From Candidatus Latescibacterota bacterium (GTDB taxonomy: Bacteria > Latescibacterota > UBA2968), in contig OZ240241.1 in NCBI GenBank assembly GCA_965198115.1, positions 1,568,001-1,632,000 of the forward strand: 64,000 bases of DNA. Direction: 5' to 3'. Of this stretch, positions 9,618 to 19,525 are shown piece by piece (position 1 is the first letter of the stretch; every line of letters starts with the position of its first letter). A program made the translations under genes and the position numbers. Below the pieces are notes generated by a model that saw nothing but the letters and a program-made list of their open reading frames with translations, ran no database searches and had not been told where the DNA came from.

Positions 9618-10382
9618 GTGGACACAGGAACCCTCGGAAAGACAGGCATCGAAGTCTCGCGTCTCTGTTTCGGTACGGGCACCAACGGCTGGGCAGGCAG
9701 CTCCGATCAGATTGATCTCGGTCTCGACGAACTCGCCGACCTCCTGGCCTACGCACACGGTCGGGGCGTCACCTTCTGGGATGCGGCCGATCAGTATGGG
9801 AGCCACGCCCACGTCGGCCGTGGGCTTCGGATGATCGACCGGGAAACCGCGGTCGTCACGAGCAAAACCACTTCACGCGATTACGACGGCGTATCTGCCG
9901 ACATCGATCGGTTCCTGCTGGAAATCGGAACCGACTACGTCGACATCGTACTCCTCCATTGCCTCACGAGCTCGGACTGGCCCATCAAATGCCGCGGCGC
10001 AATGGACGCCCTCGAAGAGGCGAAGGAAGCTGGTAAGATTCGGGCACACGGCGTCTCCTGTCACGACTTCGGCGCTTTTCAGGAAGCAGCACGACAACCC
10101 TGGGTCGACGTCGTTCTTGCCCGCATCAACTACGGTGGACACAGCATGGACAGTACGCCCGAGGATATCATCGAGATCCTCGACGAAATGGATCGCGCAG
10201 ACATCGGCATCTACGGGATGAAAGTCGTCGGCGCCGGCAAGCTCGTCCACGACACACGCAACGCCATTCACTTCGTCCTCGACCTCCCGTCGATCGACTC
10301 GATCACGATCGGCATGGCGGGCAAACAAGAAGTCGACGAAAACATCGGCTGGGTCGAGGAACACACGGGCGTCCCTGTCTGA
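9618..10382 (+). CDS. Aldo/keto reductase
   Basis: LGKTGIEVSRLCFGT, FWDAADQYG, TSK, DYVDIVLLH, GKIRAHGVS; RBS AGGAGG. Confidence 0.9.
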   Translation: MDTGTLGKTGIEVSRLCFGTGTNGWAGSSDQIDLGLDELADLLAYAHGRGVTFWDAADQYGSHAHVGRGLRMIDRETAVVTSKTTSRDYDGVSADIDRFLLEIGTDYVDIVLLHCLTSSDWPIKCRGAMDALEEAKEAGKIRAHGVSCHDFGAFQEAARQPWVDVVLARINYGGHSMDSTPEDIIEILDEMDRADIGIYGMKVVGAGKLVHDTRNAIHFVLDLPSIDSITIGMAGKQEVDENIGWVEEHTGVPV

Positions 10383-10507
10383 ATCGAGGCCTCAAGGGGA
10401 CAGAGTGTTCGGTGGTCGGTGTGAATCGAAACAATCGGTGGTCCTTCTCGTCCGTGTTCGTGTTTTTCGTGTATTTCGTGGTAAGGTTTTCCCGTTCGTG
10501 TGTACAT

Positions 10508-10546
10508 AGAAAAGAGGCGAAGGAGATTCCCTTCGCCTCTTCGTTT
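10508..10546. terminator. Bidirectional terminator-like hairpin
   Basis: aaaagaggcgaagg-agattc-ccttcgcctcttcgttt between convergent genes. Confidence 0.75.
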
Positions 10547-10563
10547 GCCCCGACCCGACGATC

Positions 10564-11241
10564 CTAATCGCTTTCGAGCCGAGTGATCTCCTGTTTCAAC
10601 TCACCGGCGTCTTCGTAGCGCTCTTCCCTGATGGCACGTTGCATCTGCTCGCGCAAGTTGGCGATGCGTTCGGCGGTCGAGCCATCGACGTCTGTGTTAT
10701 CCTCTTCGTCCGTCTGTGCGGCCGTGATGAGATCGCGAACGGCATCCTCGACCCCCGAGTCATCGATCGTTGCACCGCCCATTTCGAACTCGGCATCCTC
10801 GGTCTCTTCTCCGAGCTTCTCGAAGTAGGCCACACCCGACTTGGCCGTTCGGACTTTTCCGCCCGCCATGTTCAACACTTCTTCGGAAATGTAAACCGGC
10901 GCGTCGTACTTGAGTGCCAGGGCAATGCTGTCGCTAGGGCGAGCGTCCAGTCTGAGCTCTTCCCCGTTCAAGGTGATAACCAGCTCTGCATAGAAGATCT
11001 CTTCCTTCAGATCGACGATGTCGACACGCTCGACTTGAGCATCGAACTGTTCCAGAATCGACTTCAGCAGATCGTGCGTCAACGGCCGTGACATCTGCTT
11101 GCCCGCCAACTCGAAAGAAATCGCAATCGCCTCAGCGTCGCCGATGATGATAGGCAGCATCATCTCATCGTCCTGGCTCTGCAACCAGACCATGCGTTGC
11201 CGGTTCTGAGCCGTTAGATTGACCACTTTCATCTTGACCAT
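10564..11241 (-). CDS. Bifunctional nuclease (DUF151) with C-terminal UVR domain
   Basis: LPIIIGDAEAIAI, RPLTHDL, DARPSDSIALAL, AIREERYEDAGELKQEI. Confidence 0.92.
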   Translation of the reverse strand: MVKMKVVNLTAQNRQRMVWLQSQDDEMMLPIIIGDAEAIAISFELAGKQMSRPLTHDLLKSILEQFDAQVERVDIVDLKEEIFYAELVITLNGEELRLDARPSDSIALALKYDAPVYISEEVLNMAGGKVRTAKSGVAYFEKLGEETEDAEFEMGGATIDDSGVEDAVRDLITAAQTDEEDNTDVDGSTAERIANLREQMQRAIREERYEDAGELKQEITRLESD

Positions 11242-11568
11242 CGAACTCTCCAGTCCCTTTCGAAGCCCGCAACGGGGGGGAGTGGGCCTGCCCCTCTCAC
11301 TCGTCGGGGCGAGCGTGAGGGGTCGAGGGCGACCGGCCGGCAGAATGCCACGGCATACTATACCAACCATCGGTCGACCGCGGTTCACTCTTTAAACTGT
11401 TCTGTGGGGCAGTAGTTCCGCGGTCAAGGGTGACCCAATATTAGGCACAACAACGTCATAAATCCAGTGTAAACGAGAACTTGGGCGTATTTCTGGTCGT
11501 TGACATGCACCTATACCACAACATAGATTGGCACCCACGAATCAAACCCCAACAGATAGGATAACGCC

Positions 11569-12393
11569 TTGCGCCTGTCCCTTTCCGTTCGTGTTGCCGA
11601 AAGTTTCAGTAACAAGCGCGTGGTCGCCATTCCACTCGATCTTCTGGCCCCTCTCGCGCGCGAAGCAGGCTACGAGGCTCTCTGCATGCGCGCCTCGGTC
11701 TGCGGTATTCATCACGACGCTGCACACGTCGGCAGGGTCAACCAATGTGTCGCCGACCAAGGTTTGGAGGTATCCATGATCACCGCCGATTTCGACGTAC
11801 CCGAAAATAGCGATATCGGCCCTCAGAGTCTTCGCAACATCGGATCCAGCCTCGACCTGGCTCAATCACTCGGCGCGGACCTGATTCGGGTCTGCATCAA
11901 GAACGACGACGATGTACACGCCGCCGCAAGAGCTGCCGACGAAGCGAAGGAAAGGGGCATTCGCCTCGCGCATCAATCTCACACACGGAGTCTGTTCGAG
12001 ACCGTCGATGGGTCGGTCGAAACGCTGAAACACATCGGGCGAAGCAATTTCGGCATCATCTACGAGCCGGCCAACCTTGCGATCTGCGGTCAGGATTATG
12101 GGGAGACAACACTCCGTGCTTTCGAACCTTATCTGTTCAACGTGTATCTCCAGAACCACGTGCCCGAAGACGACGGCGATCTGGCCATGGACACTTGGAC
12201 GTTGGGCGAGGTCAACACCCGGCTCTACCCGCTCGACTCGGGAAAGGGGATTGATTTCTGCGCGGTGTTCGACGGTCTTCACGCCATCGAGTACGACGGC
12301 TGGGTCACACTCCACCACGCCTTCGCCGGTCAACTACCGCCCGAGCAGGCAGCAAAAGAGTCTGCCGACTTCCTGAAGCAATTCATCGCCTGA
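11569..12393 (+). CDS. Sugar phosphate isomerase/epimerase (xylose isomerase-like TIM barrel)
   Basis: AREAGYEAL, LAQSLGADLIRV, FGIIYEPANL, IEYDGWVT. Confidence 0.75.
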   Translation: MRLSLSVRVAESFSNKRVVAIPLDLLAPLAREAGYEALCMRASVCGIHHDAAHVGRVNQCVADQGLEVSMITADFDVPENSDIGPQSLRNIGSSLDLAQSLGADLIRVCIKNDDDVHAAARAADEAKERGIRLAHQSHTRSLFETVDGSVETLKHIGRSNFGIIYEPANLAICGQDYGETTLRAFEPYLFNVYLQNHVPEDDGDLAMDTWTLGEVNTRLYPLDSGKGIDFCAVFDGLHAIEYDGWVTLHHAFAGQLPPEQAAKESADFLKQFIA

Positions 12394-12405
12394 TCAGGGG
12401 CATAC

Positions 12406-13755
12406 GTGAACGCCGACACGCTTCTCGCCAAACTCGACGAGCATCAGATCACAAAGATCCGACTCGGCACGTTCGATCTCGACGGGATTCTCAGAGGCAA
12501 GTACGTCTCTCGCGACAAATTTGCCTCGGCTGTCGAAAACGGAATGAGTTTCTGCGACGTGCTCTTCGGTTGGGACATGAACGACGATCTCTACGACCGC
12601 GAGAGTTTGACCGGCTGGCAGACAGGCTATCCCGACGCGCTCGCGAAGATCGACGTCGATTCGTTCCGACTCGTCCCGTGGGAAAGGGACACAGCCCTGT
12701 TTCTGATGGATCTGTACGACGCGAACGGGGATCCCTACCCTCTATCGGCGCGCCATCTCCTCTCACGCCTCGTCCAGCGCGCAGAGGAGAACGGCCACAC
12801 ACTCCGAGCTGCCTTCGAGTACGAGTATTTCTTTTTCCGGGAGACGGCCCAAAGCCTGCACGACAAGGGTTTCCGGGACCTCGTCCCCCTTTCTCCGGGG
12901 ATGTTCGGCTACAGCGCCGCGCGTGCCTCGACTTACAGCGACCTCGTGCACGACATCATCGAAGCCATGCAGGTCTTCGACGTCGAAATCGAAGGCATCC
13001 ATACCGAGACGGGCCCCGGCGTCTACGAAACGGCCATTCGGTACGCCGACGGGATCTCAGCCGCCGACAAGGGCGCGCTGTTCAAAGCCGGGATGAAAGA
13101 ACTCGCGCCCCGCCACGATCTCATCGCCACCTTCATGGCCAAGTGGAACCCTGAACTGCCCGGCTGTAGCGGCCACGTCCACCAGAGCCTCATCGACGCA
13201 GAGGGAAACAATACGTTTGCCGACGGGACGGGCGGCCTCTCCGACACGGCGAAGCACTATCTGGCGGGACTCCTGGCTATGATGCCAGCGACAACCGTCT
13301 TCTACTGTCCAACCGTCAATTCCTACAAGCGCGCCGTGCCCGGTGTCTGGTCGCCCATCAACATCGGGTGGGGTATTGAAAACAGGACCACCGCCGTTCG
13401 CGCGATACCGGGCAACACCCCAAAGTCGACCCGCCTCGAATGTCGCGTGCCAGGTGCCGACGCAAACCCCCATCTCGCCCTCGCCGTCAGTCTTGCCTCC
13501 GGCCTTCACGGAATCAGCGAAAAGCTCGACCCGCCCGAGCAGGTGACCAGCAACGCGTACGAAGATGAATCGCTCGGAATGCTCCCCTCCAACCTGGAAC
13601 ACGCCACCTCCCAACTCGCCCGCAGTGACGTACTCCGCGATCTACTCAGCAACACGTTCGTCGACCACTACGTCATGACCCGCGAATATGAGGTACGCCG
13701 CTACGAAAAGGCCGTCACCGATTGGGAACTACGCCGCTACTTCGAAATCATCTGA
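12406..13755 (+). CDS. Glutamine synthetase-like gamma-glutamyl ligase (PuuA-like)
   Basis: DLDGILRGK, EYEY, HTETGPGVYE, TFMAK..GCSGHVHQSL, PTVNSYKR, WGIENRT, RLECRVPGADANP. Confidence 0.9.
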   Translation: MNADTLLAKLDEHQITKIRLGTFDLDGILRGKYVSRDKFASAVENGMSFCDVLFGWDMNDDLYDRESLTGWQTGYPDALAKIDVDSFRLVPWERDTALFLMDLYDANGDPYPLSARHLLSRLVQRAEENGHTLRAAFEYEYFFFRETAQSLHDKGFRDLVPLSPGMFGYSAARASTYSDLVHDIIEAMQVFDVEIEGIHTETGPGVYETAIRYADGISAADKGALFKAGMKELAPRHDLIATFMAKWNPELPGCSGHVHQSLIDAEGNNTFADGTGGLSDTAKHYLAGLLAMMPATTVFYCPTVNSYKRAVPGVWSPINIGWGIENRTTAVRAIPGNTPKSTRLECRVPGADANPHLALAVSLASGLHGISEKLDPPEQVTSNAYEDESLGMLPSNLEHATSQLARSDVLRDLLSNTFVDHYVMTREYEVRRYEKAVTDWELRRYFEII

Positions 13756-13822
13756 TCTTCACGTCCCACATCATCACGTTCTGCGCAGCGATGCGCTGGT
13801 TCCCTAATTCCCTAATGTAATC

Positions 13823-14973
13823 ATGATCCACACCTTCTCTTTCCCCACTCGGATCCTCTTCGGCGCAGGCGCGCTCGACAAACTTCCGGACCTCGTCCGC
13901 GAGCAAAACGCCACGACCGTCTGCATCGTCACTGACCGCGGCCTCGTCGACGCCGGCATTGCCCCTCGAGCAATGGACCTTCTCGGCTCAGTCGTGACAG
14001 TCACACTCTTCGCCGACGTGTCGCCCAACCCCGACGCTGACTGTGTCGAAGCCGCAACACGATCTCTGCGAGAGAGTGGAGCCGACCTCGTCGTCGGTCT
14101 GGGGGGCGGAAGCGCGATGGACACGGCCAAGGCGGCCGCCCTGCGCCTGAACCACCACGACGACTGGACGCGATACGAGATTCAGATCGGCGGGGACCGT
14201 AACATGACCGAAACGGTCCCACCCATCATCGCCATTCCCACGACGGCTGGAACGGGCAGCGAAGTCGGTCGAAGCGCGGTCGTCACGCTTCAACCCGACA
14301 ACCGAAAGGCCGTTATCTGCGGACCGAAACTGCTCCCGAAAACTGCGCTGTGCGATCCCGAGCTCACACGTAACCTGCCATCCCACATCACGGCCGCCAC
14401 GGGGATGGACGCGCTGACACACAACATCGAAGCCTACCTCTCTACGGCCTATCACCCCATCTGTGACGCCATCGCGCTGGGCGGCGTTCGTCGAGTCGCG
14501 CAGAACCTTCACGAGGCTTTCGTGACGGCCAGAATCTGAAGGCGCGTTTGGAGATGATGCTCGCATCCAGCATGGGAGCGATCGCGTTCCAGAAAGACCT
14601 CGGGGCAGCCCACGCGCTCGCGCATCCGCTCTCCACTGTCGCAAATGTGCCGCACGGTCTCGCCAATGCCATTCTCCTGCCTCACGTCATGTCCTTCAAC
14701 AAACCGGATGCCACGCTACGTCTCGCGGACATTGCCGAGGCGATGGGCTGTTCCGTGGCGGGCTCGCCGGAGGAGGCCGCCGATCAGGCCATCGACGCGG
14801 TACGACGTCTCGCCGCCGACATCGATGTCCCGGCAACGTTGTCGGCCGTCGGGGTAAGCGCTGACCAGATCCCGAGCATGGTTGCCCAGGCCATCGATGA
14901 CCCCAACCTGCCGACCAACCCACGCCCGTGTTCCAGAGCCGACCTCCACGATCTCTACAGTGCAGCCATGTGA
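13823..14973 (+). CDS. Iron-containing alcohol dehydrogenase; frameshift near 14520
   Basis: GGGSAMDTAK, PTTAGTGSE, TGMDALTHNIE, then GAAHALAH..PHGLANA in the next frame; one T added to a T run restores EAFRDGQNLKARLEM. Confidence 0.9.
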
Positions 14974-15022
14974 AAAGCCCCGCCACCATCGTGACAGGGC
15001 TCCACGTCAAGACCACTTAATG

Positions 15023-15136
15023 CGCCCTCGTGCAGAGCACGAGGGCGAGCGTGGCGCATTTATGTGATGAAAAACGTTGCGTTGAGCTCGTCCCTGTGCC
15101 TGTCTTGGACTTGTCGAAGGGCTGTGCACAGGGACG
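15023..15136. repeat. Inverted REP doublet; second copy has a 23-nt loop insertion
   Basis: cgccctcgtgc-aga-gcacgagggcg and cgtccctgtgc[ctgtcttggacttgtcgaagggc]tgt-gcacagggacg; same architecture at 42795-42894. Confidence 0.7.
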
Positions 15137-15173
15137 CTTAGCTGCATCTGCTTGGCCCAAAACACCAACAACT

Positions 15174-16301
15174 TCACTCCGGCACGATCCGAATCAACGT
15201 CGCGCGCCCCGCCGGAATCGGAAACGTCAACTCCAGAGGATCGACTGCTCGGAGTGACTTTCTCTCCGCCGTTCGCACGACGGCGCCGGCCTGGATCATC
15301 TGCCGCTCGTATCCATAGGCGCGACCCCATCGCATGCCCGAAAGCGAGAGATCCGCCTCGATCGGCCCGCTATCGTGTCGGCGCCACAACAGGAGCACGA
15401 CAGCATCCCCTTCCATCGACGCCACCCCTCCGACCCCGTCATCCGACAACGTCATCGGAATCTGGACACCGCCCAGTTCCCCAAAGGCCCGGAAGGCGGT
15501 GCCGCCCACGGCGAGATCGATGGATCGACGCACGCTGCGGCCAGTTCGGTACCCAGCAGATGCCGGAGCGCACCACACGTCAGGTAAACCGGATCCGCAG
15601 CTCCTTCGACCAATCCCCAGCGCGAAACGATCGCCTCGGGCCGCTCGGACGGCGCCACCGCATCGATCGCGGCCTCGACCCGATGATACGAGTCGAGAGG
15701 ATCCGCCACGTTCCTGACCGCCACGTGCCAGCTCACGAAATGGAGCGGGAGCGATCGCTCGACACACAGCCGGATAAAGGGCCGAATCAGCTCTCGGGTC
15801 CAATCGGCGCCAGGCCCACCGATCATGGCTTTGTGGTGACCGTTATAAGCCGCCCACGCGCCCGATTCGTAGTACCTCAGGAATCGCCCGAGGTCCTCGA
15901 GGCCATCCGCCGAAATCTCGTACCGATCCACCCTCTCAAACGTGCGCCGAACCGTGTCCGTCACACGCTTGCGCCACGTCTCTTCATCATCCGGCGCGCC
16001 CGCCACGGGCAACGTGAGGATGACCCGTCGTCCTGCGTGCTTGGCCGATTCGATCGCTGCGTTGAGCGCGTGCCAACCCGGGCCCCCTCCTCCGATGCGC
16101 TCCTGCCACGACGCACGGATCAGCGCCGGATCGATCCGCTCCCACGTCACGCGCTCCCTCGCGATGTCGTCCAGACCGGAGGGTGCCACGCCAGAAGGCC
16201 GGAATCAGCCCCACGCCCTTCCGGCTGTCCACTTCGATCGCAACCGTCCGCGCCTCAATCGTAGCAATCGAGAACAATGCCGCAACGTGAACGAAGATCA
16301 C
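15174..16301 (-). CDS. Secreted GH39-like protein in three frame fragments; catalytic residues appear lost
   Basis: Signal-like N-terminus, then IPAFWRG, MIGGPG, LPLHFVSWH and a beta-rich C-terminus; frame switches near 16190 and 15520. Confidence 0.55.
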
Positions 16302-16432
16302 GACCTCGAGACGGCCGATGCCTTACTGTAGGTAGAGTCGCTCATCATGGTTGAATGGGGCGAAGCCTGGCACCTGGTTTTGTCACTGGTCATTGGTCAC
16401 TGGTCAATCTCCCCCCCTCGCTCCCAATCCGG

Positions 16433-17494
16433 CTATACCAGCGTAAGGTCTGCCCGATGCCCGTCTTCGATAAACGCACTCATCAGCCGGATCGCTGCCT
16501 GGACGTCACCCTTTGCCACGAGCTCCACCGAGGTGTGGATATAACGCGTCGGCAAAGACAGCGTCACCACCGGCACCCCGTCGCGCACGCGCTGCATACC
16601 ACCCGCATCCGTTCCACCGCGGGGCAGAATTTCCAGCTGATGCTTGATCTTCCGACTCGTCGCCAGACGTCGCATGTGGGCAACGAGCCCCGGATGCGAG
16701 ATCGACCCGGAATCGTGCAGCTTGATGCCGGCTCCGTCACCCAGAACAGTCACCCGCTCGTGTTCCGGGACGCCCGGTATATCCGCCGCGATTGTCGTGT
16801 CGATCGCCACACCCACATCTGGCTCGATACCGAACGTGCTGACCCCGGCACCTCTCAAACCGATCTCTTCCTGAACCGTCGCGACGGCGTAGACATCGAA
16901 ACCAAACGACTTCGCTCGCCGGACGGCTTCGATCATCACGAAAATCGCGACCCGGTTGTCGATCGACTTGCACGAGAACCCGTTGCCCACAGCTGAGAAC
17001 TCTCGCTGGATCGTCACCATTGTCCCGATCTCGACGTCTCGTTTGACGCGCGAGGGAGGGAGACAGAGGTCGACGAAAAAGTCGGGGATCGTCAGACTCT
17101 TTCCCCGATCCGCCTCCGTCTGGAGGTGCGGCGGCTTCACACCTGGATAAAGAACCCCGGTCAGGTCCCCTCGCTTGGCCGCAACCGTCACACGTTGGGC
17201 GACCATGTTTCTGGGATCGTGACCACCCAGTGGAACAAGTCGCAACAAACCACGCTCGTCGACGTGCGAAACGACGAAACCGATCTCGTCCATGTGAGCG
17301 GCCAGCATCAGCTTCATCGGGCTGCGTCCCTTCGTCGCACTCTTCCGTCCTACCACGTTCCCCAGCTTGTCGACTTCGATCGCATCCACAAGAGGTTCGA
17401 GCTCCCGTGTCACGATCTCGCGAAGCCGTCCCTCACGACCCGGGATACCCGAGCACTCGCAGAGCTCACCTAGGAGCGTAAAGTCATCTGCCAT
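16433..17494 (-). CDS. M42 family metallopeptidase
   Basis: MLAAHMDEIG, KSIDNR, ATVQEEIGLRGA, GGTDAG, PTRYIHT. Confidence 0.93.
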   Translation of the reverse strand: MADDFTLLGELCECSGIPGREGRLREIVTRELEPLVDAIEVDKLGNVVGRKSATKGRSPMKLMLAAHMDEIGFVVSHVDERGLLRLVPLGGHDPRNMVAQRVTVAAKRGDLTGVLYPGVKPPHLQTEADRGKSLTIPDFFVDLCLPPSRVKRDVEIGTMVTIQREFSAVGNGFSCKSIDNRVAIFVMIEAVRRAKSFGFDVYAVATVQEEIGLRGAGVSTFGIEPDVGVAIDTTIAADIPGVPEHERVTVLGDGAGIKLHDSGSISHPGLVAHMRRLATSRKIKHQLEILPRGGTDAGGMQRVRDGVPVVTLSLPTRYIHTSVELVAKGDVQAAIRLMSAFIEDGHRADLTLV

Positions 17495-17573
17495 TTCCGA
17501 TCCTTTGCGTTTCAATCATCGCGTTATCGAATGGTTTTGGCGCGAGGAAGAAGACGACGGCCATTACCATCTG

Positions 17574-17939
17574 TCATCTGTCGTCCGGGTATTTGGCCAC
17601 GAGCTCGTGAGAGATGCCGCCCCTCGCATTGAACTTGCCGACAATCGTCATCTCTCGGGGATCACAGGCAGCAACCAGGTCATCGAGGACCTTGTTGGTT
17701 ACACCTTCGAAAAAGATGCCCATACTGCGATACGCCTGGAAATAAAGCTTCAGCGAACGCAGTTCCACACATCGCGGACCCGGAATGTATCGAACGACAA
17801 TCGTCGCGAAATCCGGGTGCCCCGTCTTCGGGCACAGCGATGTGAATTCGGGACACGTAAACTCGATCGAGTAGGCGCGATCCGACCTCGGATTGTCGAA
17901 CGTTTCCAGCAGCCCGGCGGGATCCTGATCGTCACTCAC
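17574..17939 (-). CDS. queF: NADPH-dependent preQ0 reductase QueF (unimodular type)
   Basis: EFTSLCPKTGHPDFA (catalytic Cys, Asp), VELRSLKLYF, FFE, FNARGGI. Confidence 0.92.
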   Translation of the reverse strand: MSDDQDPAGLLETFDNPRSDRAYSIEFTCPEFTSLCPKTGHPDFATIVVRYIPGPRCVELRSLKLYFQAYRSMGIFFEGVTNKVLDDLVAACDPREMTIVGKFNARGGISHELVAKYPDDR

Positions 17940-18282
17940 CGTGCACCTCTGCTGTCACCTTGGTTTCGATGCCGCCTCGAACGTTGAATCGAATCGTGAC
18001 GCGAATCTCACGAGGAGCACACGCAGCGTGCAGACCGTCCAGCACGCGGTTGGCCACCGCTTCGAAGTGGTGCGATTCGTCACGATAGGAGTTCAGATAC
18101 GTCTTGAGGGCCACCGTCTCCAAACACGACCGGTCCGGCGTGTACTCGATCTCGACGACGCCGAAGCTCGGCTGCTCCGTCAACGGATACAGAAACGTGA
18201 ACTCCTCCGTGACGTGCTCGACGCGTGTTTCCCTTTCGGGATCCGGATTGACAAAGGTCTTGAGGGCCGTCGAGTCGGGCAC
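17932..18282 (-). CDS. QueF paralog lacking catalytic Cys and Asp
   Basis: Colinear with queF: EFTFLYPLTEQPSFG, LETVALKTYL, HFE, FNVRGGI. Confidence 0.82.
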   Translation of the reverse strand: MPDSTALKTFVNPDPERETRVEHVTEEFTFLYPLTEQPSFGVVEIEYTPDRSCLETVALKTYLNSYRDESHHFEAVANRVLDGLHAACAPREIRVTIRFNVRGGIETKVTAEVHGE

Positions 18283-18284
18283 GA

Positions 18285-19448
18285 TCAGCCCTCTCCCAAA
18301 CTCGCGCCGGCCGGCATCTCGAGGGTTGGGCGGATGGGCGTCGTCTTATACGATCGATAGGCTATGTCGAGATGAGGAGTTTCTAGCAGCTTGGCATCCT
18401 GATGTTTGGAATCCAGGAGCGCTTCGAGCGCGCCCGAAATCAGCAGCGTCCGTTCGACCGGATACTGCGGCTTTCGAGACAGAAACATCGAGTGAATGTT
18501 CAGCCCGAGATAACTGAAGTGTGCGTGGGGTTTATCGGGCAACGTGACCTGCATCGCATCCACCTCGCCTCCTCGCCGTGCCGCGAATCCCCAGCCTCGG
18601 GTGTACCCGTTGAGCAGCATGCTCGCCGTCTTCAGCCCATCGCAATACGTCATTAAAAACAGGATGGGATTCTCGCAATGGTCCTCGATACGACCCTCCG
18701 GCTTATCCGAAACCTGGCCGGCTGCCTGTTCCACCAGCTCTCGATCGAACAGCCCATCATCCGACGCCTTCCAGACATCCGCTCCTTCGAAACATTGAAC
18801 CGAGGCAATCCCTGTCTCGCCTCCACTTCGACGTTCGACCATGCACTGCAACAGTTCGAGCGTGTGAAACCCGTAGGAGTCGGTGGGTCCGTGGGCGACG
18901 GACACCGCCCCATCGATTTCGACGTCCATCTCATACTCGAGAAAGGGAGACCGCCACGCCAGCGGAACCGAAGATCCCGCCATGAACGGAATCTCCAGAG
19001 CCTTGGCGCGATCGTACATCCAGAGCGCGTCCGCCCAGTTGTAGGCCAGATGCTTGTCGCTGAAAACAGGAATCGGTTTCCCACGGGTCTCGATGATGCC
19101 GCAGATCTGTTCGAAGAAGTACTTCCGAGGATAAAGATGCTGCTCCTTCTCGTTCCACGCATAGTCCCCGTGTTCGCCGATCAGAAGCACTCCGTCCACC
19201 ACCAGATCGTTTCCGCCCAGCGTCAGCGCCTTTGGAATGCTCGGATAGATGGGAACGCCGTGCGCATTCGCCAGCGTACGGCCGATGTCACGATCCGCGA
19301 TCTGGTCCATATACATGGAGACGATATCGACCTCCGGCGCCACCACCCCCTCGTCCGTCGGGAAACCCTCGAGGAACTTCGTCACGATCACATCCGCGTG
19401 CGATCGGGGCCGATACTCCGTCACGATAGCTGCAATCTTAGGTCTCAT
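18285..19448 (-). CDS. Conserved hypothetical oxidoreductase-like protein (Gfo/Idh/MocA-like)
   Basis: VDGVLLIGEHGDY, VFSDKHL, MAGSS, SYGFHTLE; 387 aa within the operon. Confidence 0.65.
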   Translation of the reverse strand: MRPKIAAIVTEYRPRSHADVIVTKFLEGFPTDEGVVAPEVDIVSMYMDQIADRDIGRTLANAHGVPIYPSIPKALTLGGNDLVVDGVLLIGEHGDYAWNEKEQHLYPRKYFFEQICGIIETRGKPIPVFSDKHLAYNWADALWMYDRAKALEIPFMAGSSVPLAWRSPFLEYEMDVEIDGAVSVAHGPTDSYGFHTLELLQCMVERRSGGETGIASVQCFEGADVWKASDDGLFDRELVEQAAGQVSDKPEGRIEDHCENPILFLMTYCDGLKTASMLLNGYTRGWGFAARRGGEVDAMQVTLPDKPHAHFSYLGLNIHSMFLSRKPQYPVERTLLISGALEALLDSKHQDAKLLETPHLDIAYRSYKTTPIRPTLEMPAGASLGEG

Positions 19449-19525
19449 CGTCAGTTCCCACTACGTGTGCTGATCTTGAGGTGATTCTCCACTCGGATCT
19501 CACTACTCGGACTCGGATATTGTTT

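Noticed and set aside
11295-11325. Hairpin upstream of the DUF151 gene as a riboswitch
   Set aside because: A single GC-rich stem with no aptamer motif.
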